A stretch of DNA of 64,000 nucleotides from an uncultured bacterium (GTDB lineage Bacteria > Patescibacteriota > Minisyncoccia > Phycocordibacterales > GWA1-40-21): contig CAIKXE010000002.1 in the NCBI GenBank assembly GCA_903831305.1, positions 15,934-79,933 on the forward strand. Direction: 5' to 3'. The translations under genes were made by a program, and so were the position numbers. This document shows, one piece after another, positions 1-9,957 of the stretch; position 1 is the stretch's first letter; each line of letters begins with the position of its first letter. The notes below the pieces were generated by a model. The model searched no databases, was not told the DNA's origin, and saw only the letters and a program-made list of their open reading frames with translations.

Positions 1-1731
1 CACGGAGGTAGCCACTAGAATATGGATTTTACCATCCTTAAATTCTTGCATCACATACTCTTTATCCGCGGGCAACATCTTGCTATGAAGAATCCCGATT
101 TTATAATTTTTAAAAATGTCACGCTCCAGTCTCTCAGCTTCCTCAGTAACTGATTTGGCAATCACGGCCATCTCCTTAGCCGGATCAGGGACATCTATCC
201 GCGGGCAGATCACATAAGCTTGCCGGCCAGCTTCTAATTCTTTTTTAATTTTATCATAAGTATTTTCTCGTTCACCGGGTAGGACAATCTCCGTAATAAT
301 CGGCTTTCGGCCCGTGGGCATTTGATCAAGCAAGGTGAGATCCAAGTCCCCATAAATAGTCAGGGCCAGAGTCCGGGGGATAGGGGTGGCGGTCATAGAA
401 AGTAAATGCGGATTTATGCCTTCCTTTTGGGCTAGCTTTTGGCGCTGGGCAGTACCAAAGCGGTGTTGCTCATCAATGATCACATAAGCCAAATGCTTGA
501 ATTTGACGGACTTTTGGATCAGGGCATGCGTGCCAATGAGAATCGGTATCTCACCATTCTCCACCCATTTTAACAATTGGGGTTTGGATATATGGGTCCA
601 CTCTTTTGGATTAGTTTTGGAGGGAAATTTACGGCACTCCTTGCCAGTGATGAGGCCGATATTTATGCCGAGGTAAGTAAAGTATTGGATAAAACTTTCA
701 AAATGTTGCTTGGCTAGAATCTCCGTCGGTGCCATATAAGCAGTTTGGAGGTTACCAAAATCCTGCCCTTTAGGCCGGGAGGTGATTATAGAGTAAGCGG
801 TCGAAGCGGCCACAGCGGTTTTACCAGAACCCACATCACCCTCGAGTAGCCGAGACATGGCGTGACCACTTCTAAAATCCGTCATGATATTATCTATGGC
901 TTTTCTTTGCGCATCGGTCGCCGTAAAAGGGAACCTCTTCACAAACTGTTCAATCTCGGCGGGAGTTTTCTCTATCACAAAGCTCGGCTCTTTTTGCCAA
1001 AGTAGGCGGTCTTTCTTTTTTTGGAGTTGAATAAAAAAGACTTCTTCAAAGGCAAACCTTTTTCGAGCGGAGAGGGCATGCTCTCTTTTTAACGGGGCGT
1101 GAATCCAGACCAAGGCCGTGGCGAGCGTGGGGAGGTTGTAAGTCTTTAAAATATACTCCGGGATCGGGTCAATTAAATTATCCAACACTCCTTCTTTAAA
1201 AACTTTTTGCACGGCGTGATAAAGCCAGTTTGTAGTCACCCCCTGGCTCTCTGGGTAGACAGGGTAGAGGGAGTGGGCTTCACCTTCTTCACCGAAGAGG
1301 GAGTCACCTACGCCGGTTGGTATTTTGGTCATGGTTTCAATCTTGGGGTTCATCATGCCGAGTACCTCTTTTCTTTCTGAGACTTTTCCTTCCACTCGGA
1401 CCAGGGCGCCCTCGTGAATCATCTTGGCAATGTAAGGCTGGTGGAACCAGATGGCTTTTATTCGGCCGGTTTCATCTTCAATATAGCCTTCAGAAATAGG
1501 TGTTCGTTTGATAAAAGCTTTACCGGTTTTTAGCCCGCTGATCTTGCCAAAAATGACGACATTTTCTCCGGCTACTAAACTGCTGATGTTTTTCATCTCC
1601 GAGGTATCTCCGTAGCGGGTGGGGAAATGATATAGTAAATCCTCAATGGTTTTAAGGCCAATCTTCTTTAGGGCCTTCTTTTGGCTCTCTTGTAGGCGGA
1701 AGTTTTTCTCTAATAAATCGGTTAAGGGCAT
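1..1731 (-). CDS. recG: ATP-dependent DNA helicase RecG, C-terminally truncated by the window edge (N-terminal about 577 codons present)
   Basis: Minus-strand translation from the ATG at 1731-1729 reads MPLTDLLEKNFRLQESQKKALKKIGL... continuously to position 1. It contains Walker A (GDVGSGKT), a DEQHRFG-type motif and the wedge-domain architecture typical of RecG. The ORF is missing from the track because it runs off the window. Confidence 0.85.
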   Translation of the reverse strand, partial: MPLTDLLEKNFRLQESQKKALKKIGLKTIEDLLYHFPTRYGDTSEMKNISSLVAGENVVIFGKISGLKTGKAFIKRTPISEGYIEDETGRIKAIWFHQPYIAKMIHEGALVRVEGKVSERKEVLGMMNPKIETMTKIPTGVGDSLFGEEGEAHSLYPVYPESQGVTTNWLYHAVQKVFKEGVLDNLIDPIPEYILKTYNLPTLATALVWIHAPLKREHALSARKRFAFEEVFFIQLQKKKDRLLWQKEPSFVIEKTPAEIEQFVKRFPFTATDAQRKAIDNIMTDFRSGHAMSRLLEGDVGSGKTAVAASTAYSIITSRPKGQDFGNLQTAYMAPTEILAKQHFESFIQYFTYLGINIGLITGKECRKFPSKTNPKEWTHISKPQLLKWVENGEIPILIGTHALIQKSVKFKHLAYVIIDEQHRFGTAQRQKLAQKEGINPHLLSMTATPIPRTLALTIYGDLDLTLLDQMPTGRKPIITEIVLPGERENTYDKIKKELEAGRQAYVICPRIDVPDPAKEMAVIAKSVTEEAERLERDIFKNYKIGILHSKMLPADKEYVMQEFKDGKIHILVATSV

Positions 1732-1922
1732 TGCTGTATCTTAGCAAAGATATGCTATAATTAAAAATGAGGATTTGGATTTCTCGTCGAACCATCTTCC
1801 TTTGGAGGGGCTTTTGAGCCTGACTGAGGCGAAAACGGAGAATTTTTTTAGCAGAAAAAATTCGTACCCGGAAAAGGATGTGGTGAGAAAGAGAAATAAA
1901 ATTATTAATTAATTAAAAACAA

Positions 1923-2411
1923 ATGGAACTTTCAACAATTGATATCTTGATTCGTTTAGCCGTGGCGATGGCTTTGGGTGGGCTAGTGGGGATGGAGCGC
2001 ACGATAGCCGGGAAAACTGCCGGGATGCGGACTTATGCCTTGGTCTCCATAGGCTCGGCCTTGTTTGTACTTATTTCTCAAGTCGTGATGCTTACTTTAG
2101 CTAACCCGCTTAGTCTGGACCCACTACGTATTGCCTCTCAAATTATCGTCGGCATTGGCTTTATTGGTGCTGGTTTAGTTTTCCATAATGACCGTGATAT
2201 GAAAACTTCTGGCCTTACCTCCGCCGCTGGCCTGTGGGTCTCAGCTGGTATTGGTATGGCGGCCGGTTTTGCTTTGTATGACTTGGCAGTCATTGCTTCT
2301 ATCCTCACCTTAGTGGTCTTTACCGTGCTCTGGTATGTGGAGCGAAGTTTCAAGAATGTTACTTATGGGGAAAAATGCCCAGAGGTAAAAACTCCAGGGA
2401 AAATATCATAA
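1923..2411 (+). CDS. MgtC/SapB family membrane protein
   Basis: N-terminus MELSTIDILIRLAVAMALGGLVGMERT is the conserved MgtC signature; multiple transmembrane segments. Confidence 0.8.
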   Translation: MELSTIDILIRLAVAMALGGLVGMERTIAGKTAGMRTYALVSIGSALFVLISQVVMLTLANPLSLDPLRIASQIIVGIGFIGAGLVFHNDRDMKTSGLTSAAGLWVSAGIGMAAGFALYDLAVIASILTLVVFTVLWYVERSFKNVTYGEKCPEVKTPGKIS

Positions 2412-2422
2412 TAGTATTTTAA

Positions 2423-2511
2423 GGCGGAGACGGCTGGATTCGAACCAGCGGGGGCGATTAAACCCCACTTCTTTAGCAAAGAAGCACATTAGACCACTCT
2501 GACACGTCTCC
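2423..2511 (-). tRNA. tRNA-Ser (anticodon GCT), long variable arm
   Basis: Minus-strand sequence GGAGACG...CTTCT-TTGCTAA-AGAAG...GCTGG-TTCGAAT-CCAGC-CGTCTCC-G folds with perfect acceptor, anticodon and T arms and a long variable arm. The D-stem is weak, as is common for Ser tRNAs. Confidence 0.8.
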
Positions 2512-2591
2512 TTCAGGAATAAATCTAGCATAAATTCTTTAATAAATCTAGAAGCGTGATATACTATTCATATATTAGCTAATCTAAAATT

Positions 2592-2990
2592 ATGAATGAA
2601 ACATACACTTGGTACTCAAAATTAATCAAACCCTCTTGGGCGCCACCGAGCTGGGTGTTTGGTCCAGCGTGGACTTTTTTGTATACTTTGATTGCTATTT
2701 CCTTTGGCCGAGTGTTTTGGCTGGCTTGGCAAGGGAAAATCGGTTTTATCATTGTTCTGCCATTTATTTTAAATTTAGTTTTTAACTTTGCTTTTAGTCC
2801 AATTCAGTTTACGTTGCAGAATAATTTTCTAGCGGCTATCGATATCCTTCTGGTTCTTGGGACATTGATTTGGGCGATGATCGCCATCTACCCTTATGCC
2901 AGCTGGATTACTTATATGCAAATACCGTATGTGCTCTGGGTTACCTTTGCTACTACAGTACAACTAACAGTTACTTATTTGAATAGGTAA
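2592..2990 (+). CDS. TspO/MBR (tryptophan-rich sensory protein) family membrane protein
   Basis: MNETYTWYSKLIKPSWAPPSWVFGPAWTFLY... is the characteristic TspO N-terminus; five predicted TM helices. Confidence 0.8.
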   Translation: MNETYTWYSKLIKPSWAPPSWVFGPAWTFLYTLIAISFGRVFWLAWQGKIGFIIVLPFILNLVFNFAFSPIQFTLQNNFLAAIDILLVLGTLIWAMIAIYPYASWITYMQIPYVLWVTFATTVQLTVTYLNR

Positions 2991-3085
2991 TTAGTCATCC
3001 TCTTCATCCTCGTATTCACCACTGATAGTGGCGGAAGTGTTTTCGTTTGAATACTTCATGGGGTGATTATAGTATAAACCGATAT

Positions 3086-3865
3086 TTAGTGAGCCAGGGC
3101 ATAACCGCGGATTTTTTGGGGGTTATAGCCGGCGGAGTTGAGGGCGCGGAAAGCCTCGTTCATGGTGGCGCCGGTGGTGATGACATCGTCGATTAGGATG
3201 AAGCATGAGTTTAAGCCCCGCCCAAAGCTTTCTTCGCTTAACGCTCCGCTAATCGCTCTGAAAGCTTTGGGCGGGGCTTTTTTATAACTAATCGTTACAA
3301 GTGTTTCCCCGAGGCTTTGGTGGCTGCTTACCGAAAAAGACCCACGGAGATTTTCCAGGCGCTTTTTACGATTACTGACTTTGGTTTGGTGCGGGGTGTC
3401 CACTTTTTTAATTAAGAAATTTTCTAGCAGTCGGAAATTATCTCCCTTTCTCTCTTGATCAATTTTTATTAATTCACGAACGATCAGTTTGCACTGATTA
3501 AATCCCTTTTCTTTCTCTCTTTCTCGGGAAGAGGGGATAGGAACCAAAAATGGTTTTTTAAAATTATTAAAGGTTTCTAAATCACTCAAGTCTTCCAAAA
3601 TATATTCATATAAAAGTAAGCTAAAATCTCGAATCAGCTTTTTATTAGCCCGGTATTTTATCTCCCAGATGGCCTGTCTACATAAGGCCGTTTTATAGTT
3701 AAAAATAGCCTTGATTTTACTAGTCTCAAAATCAAAGTTGTCAGAGCGCGGAATTTTATCAAATAAGCCGTCTGGACCCAGGGTCTCTAACTGTCGAACT
3801 CTTTCTTCTTTTGGTAAGATTAGGTCGGTTATTTTGTTCCAAAACGTGATTAGGCTGTTATTCAT
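3086..3865 (-). CDS. comF: ComF family protein (phosphoribosyltransferase-like, competence-associated)
   Basis: C-terminal LILIDDVITTGATMNEAFRALNSAG is the PRTase-type motif of ComFC. Confidence 0.7.
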   Translation of the reverse strand: MNNSLITFWNKITDLILPKEERVRQLETLGPDGLFDKIPRSDNFDFETSKIKAIFNYKTALCRQAIWEIKYRANKKLIRDFSLLLYEYILEDLSDLETFNNFKKPFLVPIPSSREREKEKGFNQCKLIVRELIKIDQERKGDNFRLLENFLIKKVDTPHQTKVSNRKKRLENLRGSFSVSSHQSLGETLVTISYKKAPPKAFRAISGALSEESFGRGLNSCFILIDDVITTGATMNEAFRALNSAGYNPQKIRGYALAH

Positions 3866-3905
3866 TTCTAATTATGATATAATATAAAGCGTAAATAGTA
3901 AAAAT

Positions 3906-5030
3906 ATGATTAATATTCCGGATTTTATAAAAAGTATTTTTTCCAGTGATCAGGGTAAAAGTGTGCTCGGTATTGATATTGGTCCTTCTTCTATCAAGAT
4001 CGTTCAGCTGAAAAAGAGAAAGGGCCGAGCCATCCTTGAGACTTATGGTGAATTATCACTTGGTCCATATGCGGGGCTAGAAATCGGACGGTCCACTAAT
4101 CTGACCACCGAACAGCTTGCTCAGGCGGTAGTGGATGTTTTGCGTGAGTCTAATGCCACCACTAACCGTAGCGGTATTTCTATTCCGATGGGGTCAAGCT
4201 TGGTTTCCTTTATCAAATTACCCAAGGTAGACGAAAGCCAGTTGGCCCAGATGATTCCACTGGAGGCACGTAAATATATTCCAGTTCCTATTTCGGAAGT
4301 CAGTATTGATTATTTAGTTATTCCCAGAAATGACAGTATCGCTTCCGAATATCAAAACAGTGAAGAAAAACCTGAGGAGAAAACTATTGATGTCCTCTTG
4401 GTGGTTATTCACAATGACGCCATGGCACGTAATAAAGAGATCACCCGCATTGCTAAGCTGGAGACGACTTTTTCCGAAATTGAAATCTTTGGTTCTATGC
4501 GTTCTGTTTTAGATCAGGGTACAGCACCACAGATGATTATTGATTTTGGTTCTGGTTCTACTAAGATCTATATTGTGGAGCGGGGGATATTGCGGGTCTC
4601 GCATATGATCAGTCGGGGTTCACAGGATATTACTCTCGCTATTTCCAAATCACTCGGTATTAGTGTGGATGAAGCTGAGAAAATGAAACGCGAGAGAGGA
4701 CTACTAAAAAAAGAAGGTGAGCAGATGGATATTAATGAAATCACTTCTTTGACCTTGGATTATATTTTCTCTGAGGTTGGCCGGGTGTTACTGAATTATC
4801 AGAAGAAAAACGAGCGGAATATCAGTAAAGTGTTTTTGACCGGTGGTGGGGTCCTGCTCAAAGGCTTGAGAGAGAAGGCAGAAACTAGTTTTAATGTGCC
4901 AGTGGTGATGGCGGATCCTTTTTCCAAGGTGGAGTTTCCGGCTTTTTTGGATGCCGTTTTAAAACAAGCCGGGCCATCTTTTTCTGTGGCTATTGGTTTG
5001 GCTTTGAGACGCTTGCAAGATTCGGAGTAG
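3906..5030 (+). CDS. pilM: Type IV pilus assembly protein PilM (actin-like ATPase fold)
   Basis: Begins GIDIGPSSIKIVQLKK...; 374 aa; lies at the head of a pilM-pilN-pilO arrangement. Confidence 0.85.
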   Translation: MINIPDFIKSIFSSDQGKSVLGIDIGPSSIKIVQLKKRKGRAILETYGELSLGPYAGLEIGRSTNLTTEQLAQAVVDVLRESNATTNRSGISIPMGSSLVSFIKLPKVDESQLAQMIPLEARKYIPVPISEVSIDYLVIPRNDSIASEYQNSEEKPEEKTIDVLLVVIHNDAMARNKEITRIAKLETTFSEIEIFGSMRSVLDQGTAPQMIIDFGSGSTKIYIVERGILRVSHMISRGSQDITLAISKSLGISVDEAEKMKRERGLLKKEGEQMDINEITSLTLDYIFSEVGRVLLNYQKKNERNISKVFLTGGGVLLKGLREKAETSFNVPVVMADPFSKVEFPAFLDAVLKQAGPSFSVAIGLALRRLQDSE

Positions 5031-5077
5031 GTTTGTATAGCTTTTATTTTTGATTAGTATTATAATAGTACAAGAAT

Positions 5078-5716
5078 ATGGAAGTAAAAATGCAAACATC
5101 TTTTATACCGAAGAAACCGATTATCGAAAGCCGTTCGGCTGGTTCGAGTATCAGTTTATTCCTCCTACTCTCTATTATTGTTTTTATTGTAACTATGGCG
5201 GCCGCTTCTGGTGTTTGGCTGTGGCGGGAATCATTGATAAAACAAGTTGATAAGGATATTGAGGATCTGGCGGCGGCCAAAAAAACTTATGTTGACAGCA
5301 CGATTGATGATCTCATCAGATTAGATAATCGGATTGAAGTATCTAAAGTTTTATTACAGAATCACCTAGCCGTATCTCCCGTGTTCACTTTTTTAGAAAA
5401 TAATGTCTTAAAGTTTGTCAGATTAAAATCCATGAGGTTTTCTTATGCTGGTAGCGAGAAAATAAAGATTGATCTTTCAGGTACGGCTGGTAGCTATGGG
5501 GTATTGTCAAAACAGTCTGACGCCTTTGGTGATTTGAGATTAAAAAGTCTCATCTCTCAACCGGTCATATCAGATTTTAGCCCACTTGCTGACGGCGGAG
5601 TCTCCTTTAATTTTTCTGCTTCTATTTATCCTAAACTCGTGACATATGCTGATATCGGTGATACGGGGGATAGTTCCGCTGTGGATATTAATAATGCCTC
5701 TTCTACGACTCAATAA
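5078..5716 (+). CDS. pilN: PilN-like bitopic membrane protein
   Basis: Single N-terminal TM then a periplasmic domain, immediately after pilM. The true start may be the ATG at 5090 (MQTSF...). Confidence 0.6.
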   Translation: MEVKMQTSFIPKKPIIESRSAGSSISLFLLLSIIVFIVTMAAASGVWLWRESLIKQVDKDIEDLAAAKKTYVDSTIDDLIRLDNRIEVSKVLLQNHLAVSPVFTFLENNVLKFVRLKSMRFSYAGSEKIKIDLSGTAGSYGVLSKQSDAFGDLRLKSLISQPVISDFSPLADGGVSFNFSASIYPKLVTYADIGDTGDSSAVDINNASSTTQ

Positions 5717-5724
5717 ATAATTAA

Positions 5725-6288
5725 ATGAATATTATAACATCAATCATTTTAATAATCATTTCAATCGGGACATTTTTTATCTATATTGATCCAACCTATC
5801 AAGGTGCTAATTTACCCAATGATAAACTGAGCGTAAAAGATTTGCTAGCCAAAGATGCTAAATACCAAAAAGCGCTAGCCGATACTAATATGATTCGTGA
5901 AAACAGACAGAAGTTACAAGATAAAAAAGCCCAATTTGATTTAGTTGATCTTGAGCGCCTAGAAAAGCTTTTACCAAATAATATTGATAATATCAAATTA
6001 GTAATTGATATGAATCAGATTGCCCAGAGCCATGGTTTGGTGCTTAAAAATATTAAGTTGGACACGGCAGCCAAGTTAGAAACTGGCAAGATCGGTCAAG
6101 ACAACAGTAAATACGGCACTGTCGGGCTTTCCTTTACTGTCACTTCTTCCTATGACAACTTTCAGAATTTCTTGGGTGATTTAGAGAAGAGTCTCCGTTT
6201 GGTAGACATCACTGATCTATCAGTTACAAGTAATGATACCGGTGTTTATGATTTTTCTGTCGGTCTGAAAACTTATTGGTTAAAATAA
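5725..6288 (+). CDS. pilO: PilO-like bitopic membrane protein
   Basis: N-terminal TM plus a coiled-coil region; third gene of the pilMNO order. Confidence 0.6.
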   Translation: MNIITSIILIIISIGTFFIYIDPTYQGANLPNDKLSVKDLLAKDAKYQKALADTNMIRENRQKLQDKKAQFDLVDLERLEKLLPNNIDNIKLVIDMNQIAQSHGLVLKNIKLDTAAKLETGKIGQDNSKYGTVGLSFTVTSSYDNFQNFLGDLEKSLRLVDITDLSVTSNDTGVYDFSVGLKTYWLK

Positions 6289-6298
6289 TATTATTAAT

Positions 6299-6610
6299 AT
6301 GAATCAGAAAACCAAACAAATAATAATAGCTATCATTATCATCAGTATTGCTTTTGTTATTTTTAAGGTTTCTTTTCCTAACGGCGGGGTAGAGACTGAT
6401 ACCGCCCTGGTAACTGATAATAATGCTCCGGCTGAAGTGATTGACGGGCAGATCATACTTACCTTATTGGAAAATTTAAAGAGGGTTACCTTGGATGAGT
6501 CTATTTTTGCGGACGCAGTTTTTACCAGTTTGATCAATTTTGAAAAACCGATAGAGTCTCAACCTGTTGGCCGACAAAATCCATTTTTGCCTATCGGTCG
6601 GGAATTTTAG
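6299..6610 (+). CDS. Small membrane protein in the pilus operon (possible PilP analogue)
   Basis: 103 aa with an N-terminal TM; sits between pilO and pilB. Confidence 0.4.
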   Translation: MNQKTKQIIIAIIIISIAFVIFKVSFPNGGVETDTALVTDNNAPAEVIDGQIILTLLENLKRVTLDESIFADAVFTSLINFEKPIESQPVGRQNPFLPIGREF

Positions 6611-6634
6611 TTTACCTTTTTAAGTTTAACCTGT

Positions 6635-8377
6635 ATGAGTATATTAGATATTTTAGCCCAAAAAGAAGTAATAAAAAGGGGTGATATTGGCCGGATCAAG
6701 ACTGAGGCTGAATCCGCCGGTGTTCCTCTGGAGCAGATCCTGATAAAATTTGGCGTAAATGAAGATGCTGTTTTAGATGCCAAAGGCGAGTATTATAATA
6801 TTCCGACCAGAAACCTAGAAGGACAGCAGATCCCTTTTTCTATCTTAAAAAATATTTCTGAAGACTCGGCGGTCCATTATAATTTCGTGCCGATCGGGGT
6901 AAAGGACGGGCTATTAGAGGTTGGTATTGTGGATCCTGAAAATATTGAAGCCCGAGATGCGCTAAATTTTATTGCTAGTAAGCTCAATATGCCATTTAAG
7001 CTTTATTTGATCTCAATGGCTGATTTTCAAAAGGTGCTAGATGATTATAAAGGTCTCTCGGGGGAGGTGACAGAGGCCTTGACCGAGCTTCAGTCTGAAT
7101 TAGCCCAAGACTCCGCTAATGTGGAAATCGAGGCCAAGGCGGCAGCTGAGGATCCATTTGAAACCAAGATCGTGGAGGATGCCCCAGTGACCAAGATAGT
7201 ATCAACTATTTTACGTTATGCGACTGAGGGCGGGGCTTCAGATGTTCATATTGAACACATGAAGGACAAGATTCGCGTTCGTTACCGAGTGGACGGCACC
7301 TTAAATACCAGCATTCTTTTACCAGTAGCTGTGCATTCCGCGGTAGTCGCTAGAATCAAGATTTTGTGCAACATGAAGTTGGATGAGAAACGTAAGCCCC
7401 AAGACGGTCGTTTTTCGGCCAAGATTGATGGCCGTAAGATTGATTTTCGTGTTTCTACTTTTCCCACTTTTCATGGAGAGAAAGTCGTGATGAGAATTTT
7501 AGATCAAGAAAAAGGTGTCCAGTCTTTGGACCAGATCGGCTTATCAGAAACTAATTTGGCCTATATCCGTGATGCCATCAGACGGCCTTACGGGATGATT
7601 TTGATTTCTGGTCCAACCGGTTCCGGTAAAACTACCACCATGTATTCTATGTTGAATGAAATTGATAAGGAGGGTTTGAATGTTTTGTCACTGGAGGATC
7701 CGATCGAATATAATATTGAAGGAGTATCTCAATCACAGGTTTTTGCAGACATTGGCTATACTTTTGCCAATGGTCTCCGTACTACTTTGCGCCAGGATCC
7801 AGATGTGATCATGGTCGGAGAAATCCGTGATAAGGAAACAGCTCAGCTGGCGGTGCAAGCGGCTTTGACCGGCCATTTGGTTTTAGCTACTATCCATACT
7901 AATAATGCGGTGGGGGTTATTCCACGACTCATTGATATGGGGGTTGATCCGTATTTGATTGCTCCGACTCTGATTTTAACTATGGCTCAGCGCTTGGTGC
8001 AGACTTTATATCCGGGCACGGGCAAGGCTGTAGCCGTCGATGGTAGCATAAAGGCTATGTTAGATAAGGAGTTTCAGGATTTGCCAGCTGAATATAAGAG
8101 CAAATTACCTAAATTTGAGTCAGTCTATGATCCAGAGGCTTCGGCCATGTGTCCGACCGGTATCAAGGGCCGAATAGCCGTTTTTGAGGCCTTTAAGATG
8201 AATAAAGAGATTGAAAAGCTTATTTTGACAGGTCCGACGGAGGCTAATATTTTTGAATCCCTTCGTAAGCGGGGGATGCTCACCATGAAGGAAGATGCTA
8301 TTATTAAAGCCTTGAATCGGCAAGTACCTTTTAGCGAGGTGGACGGTTTAGGGATGATGGAAGATGAGGAGATCTAG
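6635..8377 (+). CDS. pilB: Type IV pilus assembly (extension) ATPase PilB / GspE family
   Basis: Walker A GPTGSGKTT, ASDVHIE...RYRVDG motif and a C-terminal tetracysteine-like region; 580 aa. Confidence 0.9.
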   Translation: MSILDILAQKEVIKRGDIGRIKTEAESAGVPLEQILIKFGVNEDAVLDAKGEYYNIPTRNLEGQQIPFSILKNISEDSAVHYNFVPIGVKDGLLEVGIVDPENIEARDALNFIASKLNMPFKLYLISMADFQKVLDDYKGLSGEVTEALTELQSELAQDSANVEIEAKAAAEDPFETKIVEDAPVTKIVSTILRYATEGGASDVHIEHMKDKIRVRYRVDGTLNTSILLPVAVHSAVVARIKILCNMKLDEKRKPQDGRFSAKIDGRKIDFRVSTFPTFHGEKVVMRILDQEKGVQSLDQIGLSETNLAYIRDAIRRPYGMILISGPTGSGKTTTMYSMLNEIDKEGLNVLSLEDPIEYNIEGVSQSQVFADIGYTFANGLRTTLRQDPDVIMVGEIRDKETAQLAVQAALTGHLVLATIHTNNAVGVIPRLIDMGVDPYLIAPTLILTMAQRLVQTLYPGTGKAVAVDGSIKAMLDKEFQDLPAEYKSKLPKFESVYDPEASAMCPTGIKGRIAVFEAFKMNKEIEKLILTGPTEANIFESLRKRGMLTMKEDAIIKALNRQVPFSEVDGLGMMEDEEI

Positions 8378-8430
8378 GGTGCTGTACGAGGTCTGTTTTA
8401 TTAGTTAATAATTATGGTATAATTAAAAGT

Positions 8431-8826
8431 ATGGAAAATATAAAACCAAAGGTACTAATTGTAGATGACGACAAGTTCTTGATAAATATGTATTCTATCA
8501 AGTTTAACAAAAGGGAATTTGAAGTAAATTCGGCAATGTCTGGTGAAGACGCTATTAGCAAGCTCAAGGGTGGCTATACGCCGGATATTATTTTATTGGA
8601 TATCGTGATGCCGGTGATGGATGGTTTTGAGATTTTGGAGGCTATTCGGACTAATAATCTGTCACCGAAGTCTCTGATCATCATGCTTACTAATCAAGGC
8701 CAGCTTACGGACATTGAGCGCGCAAAGAGCTTTGGTATTAACGGCTACATTATCAAGGCAACTACTATTCCTTCTGAGGTGGTAGCCGAGGTAGAAAAGA
8801 TTTATAATTTGGCAAAAAAATCATAA
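8431..8826 (+). CDS. Single-domain response regulator receiver (CheY-like; PilG/PilH-like)
   Basis: LIVDDD...DIILLDIVMPVMDG receiver motifs; 131 aa; no histidine kinase seen in the window. Confidence 0.8.
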   Translation: MENIKPKVLIVDDDKFLINMYSIKFNKREFEVNSAMSGEDAISKLKGGYTPDIILLDIVMPVMDGFEILEAIRTNNLSPKSLIIMLTNQGQLTDIERAKSFGINGYIIKATTIPSEVVAEVEKIYNLAKKS

Positions 8827-8830
8827 AAAT

Positions 8831-9892
8831 ATGACCGATTATAAAATATATTTAGCGGAACTCGTAAAAACAGTTGTTAATGAAGGAGCTTCTGATATGC
8901 ACTTATCAGAAGGGCGTCACCCAACGATTCGGGTATCTGGTATGCTTTTACCCCTGGTCAAACATGCCGTACTTTCCAAGGCAGACACCGCTGGTTTGCT
9001 AGCAGAGCTCTTAACCGATAAAAATAAAGAATTATTTTATAGTACCAAGGAGGTAGATTTTTCCTACAGTTTAGATAGCGCCCGTTTTCGTGGTAATGCT
9101 TATTTTCAACAAGGGGCGGTGTCTATTTCTTTACGTCTAGTTCCTCGGGAGATCAGAACTTTTGAAGAATTAAATTTGCCAGATATTTTAAAGACTTTTG
9201 CGGAGAAACAGCAAGGTTTTTTCTTGGTGGTGGGACCAGTGGGGCATGGTAAAAGCACCACTCTGGCAGCGATGATAGATTATATTAATACTAGCCGAGC
9301 AGAACATATTTTAACCATTGAGGATCCGATAGAATATATTTATGAGCAAAAGCGTTCAGTGATAGATCAGCGTGAAGTGCGGATTGATACGGATGACTTT
9401 CCTAATGCTTTACGTAGTATGTTCCGTGAGGACGTAGATGTGGTGCTTATTGGGGAGATGCGTGGGATAGAGACTATTTCCACGGCCGTTACCGCCGGTG
9501 AGACTGGCCACTTGGTGTTTTCTACTTTGCATACAAACAGTGCTTCACAGACGATTGATCGAATCATTGATTCCTTTCCTGGTACTCAGCAAGATCAAAT
9601 CCGTAGCCAGCTGGCTAGTAGCTTGAACGGTATTTTCTCTCAGCGTTTGATACCGCGTATTTCCGGGGGTCTGATTCCCGCTTATGAGCTTTTGATAAAT
9701 AATAGCGCTATCGCAAATTTGATTCGTGAAAAGAGAACCCATGAAATAAACACCGTGATTGAGACCAGCTCTCAAGATGGGATGGTGGATATGAACCGCT
9801 GTTTGGCTGACTTGGTAGCGAGGGGAGAGATCACCATTGAAAATGCTTACCAGTTTTCCTTCAACCCTAAAAACCTAGAACGTCTTTTGTAA
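8831..9892 (+). CDS. pilT: Twitching motility / pilus retraction ATPase PilT
   Basis: 353 aa; Walker A GPVGHGKST; PilT-type motifs ASDMHL and GEMRG. Confidence 0.85.
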   Translation: MTDYKIYLAELVKTVVNEGASDMHLSEGRHPTIRVSGMLLPLVKHAVLSKADTAGLLAELLTDKNKELFYSTKEVDFSYSLDSARFRGNAYFQQGAVSISLRLVPREIRTFEELNLPDILKTFAEKQQGFFLVVGPVGHGKSTTLAAMIDYINTSRAEHILTIEDPIEYIYEQKRSVIDQREVRIDTDDFPNALRSMFREDVDVVLIGEMRGIETISTAVTAGETGHLVFSTLHTNSASQTIDRIIDSFPGTQQDQIRSQLASSLNGIFSQRLIPRISGGLIPAYELLINNSAIANLIREKRTHEINTVIETSSQDGMVDMNRCLADLVARGEITIENAYQFSFNPKNLERLL

Positions 9893-9957
9893 ATTCTTAT
9901 TTGTTGGTCGATTCGTATCATTTGTTCATTTGTAGATTCGTTAATTAATTAGTCAAT

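Noticed and set aside
1741-1922. M-box (Mg2+) riboswitch upstream of the mgtC-family gene
   Set aside because: The 180-bp leader is short and shows none of the conserved M-box helices or sequence blocks. It contains only the generic AT-hairpin motif.
2138-2353. Minus-strand 71-aa ORF inside mgtC, and similar short antisense ORFs (e.g. 5044-5280, 26313-26567, 26773-27162, 37313-37837, 62480-62983)
   Set aside because: Each is fully embedded in, or antisense to, a well-supported gene and has no independent support.
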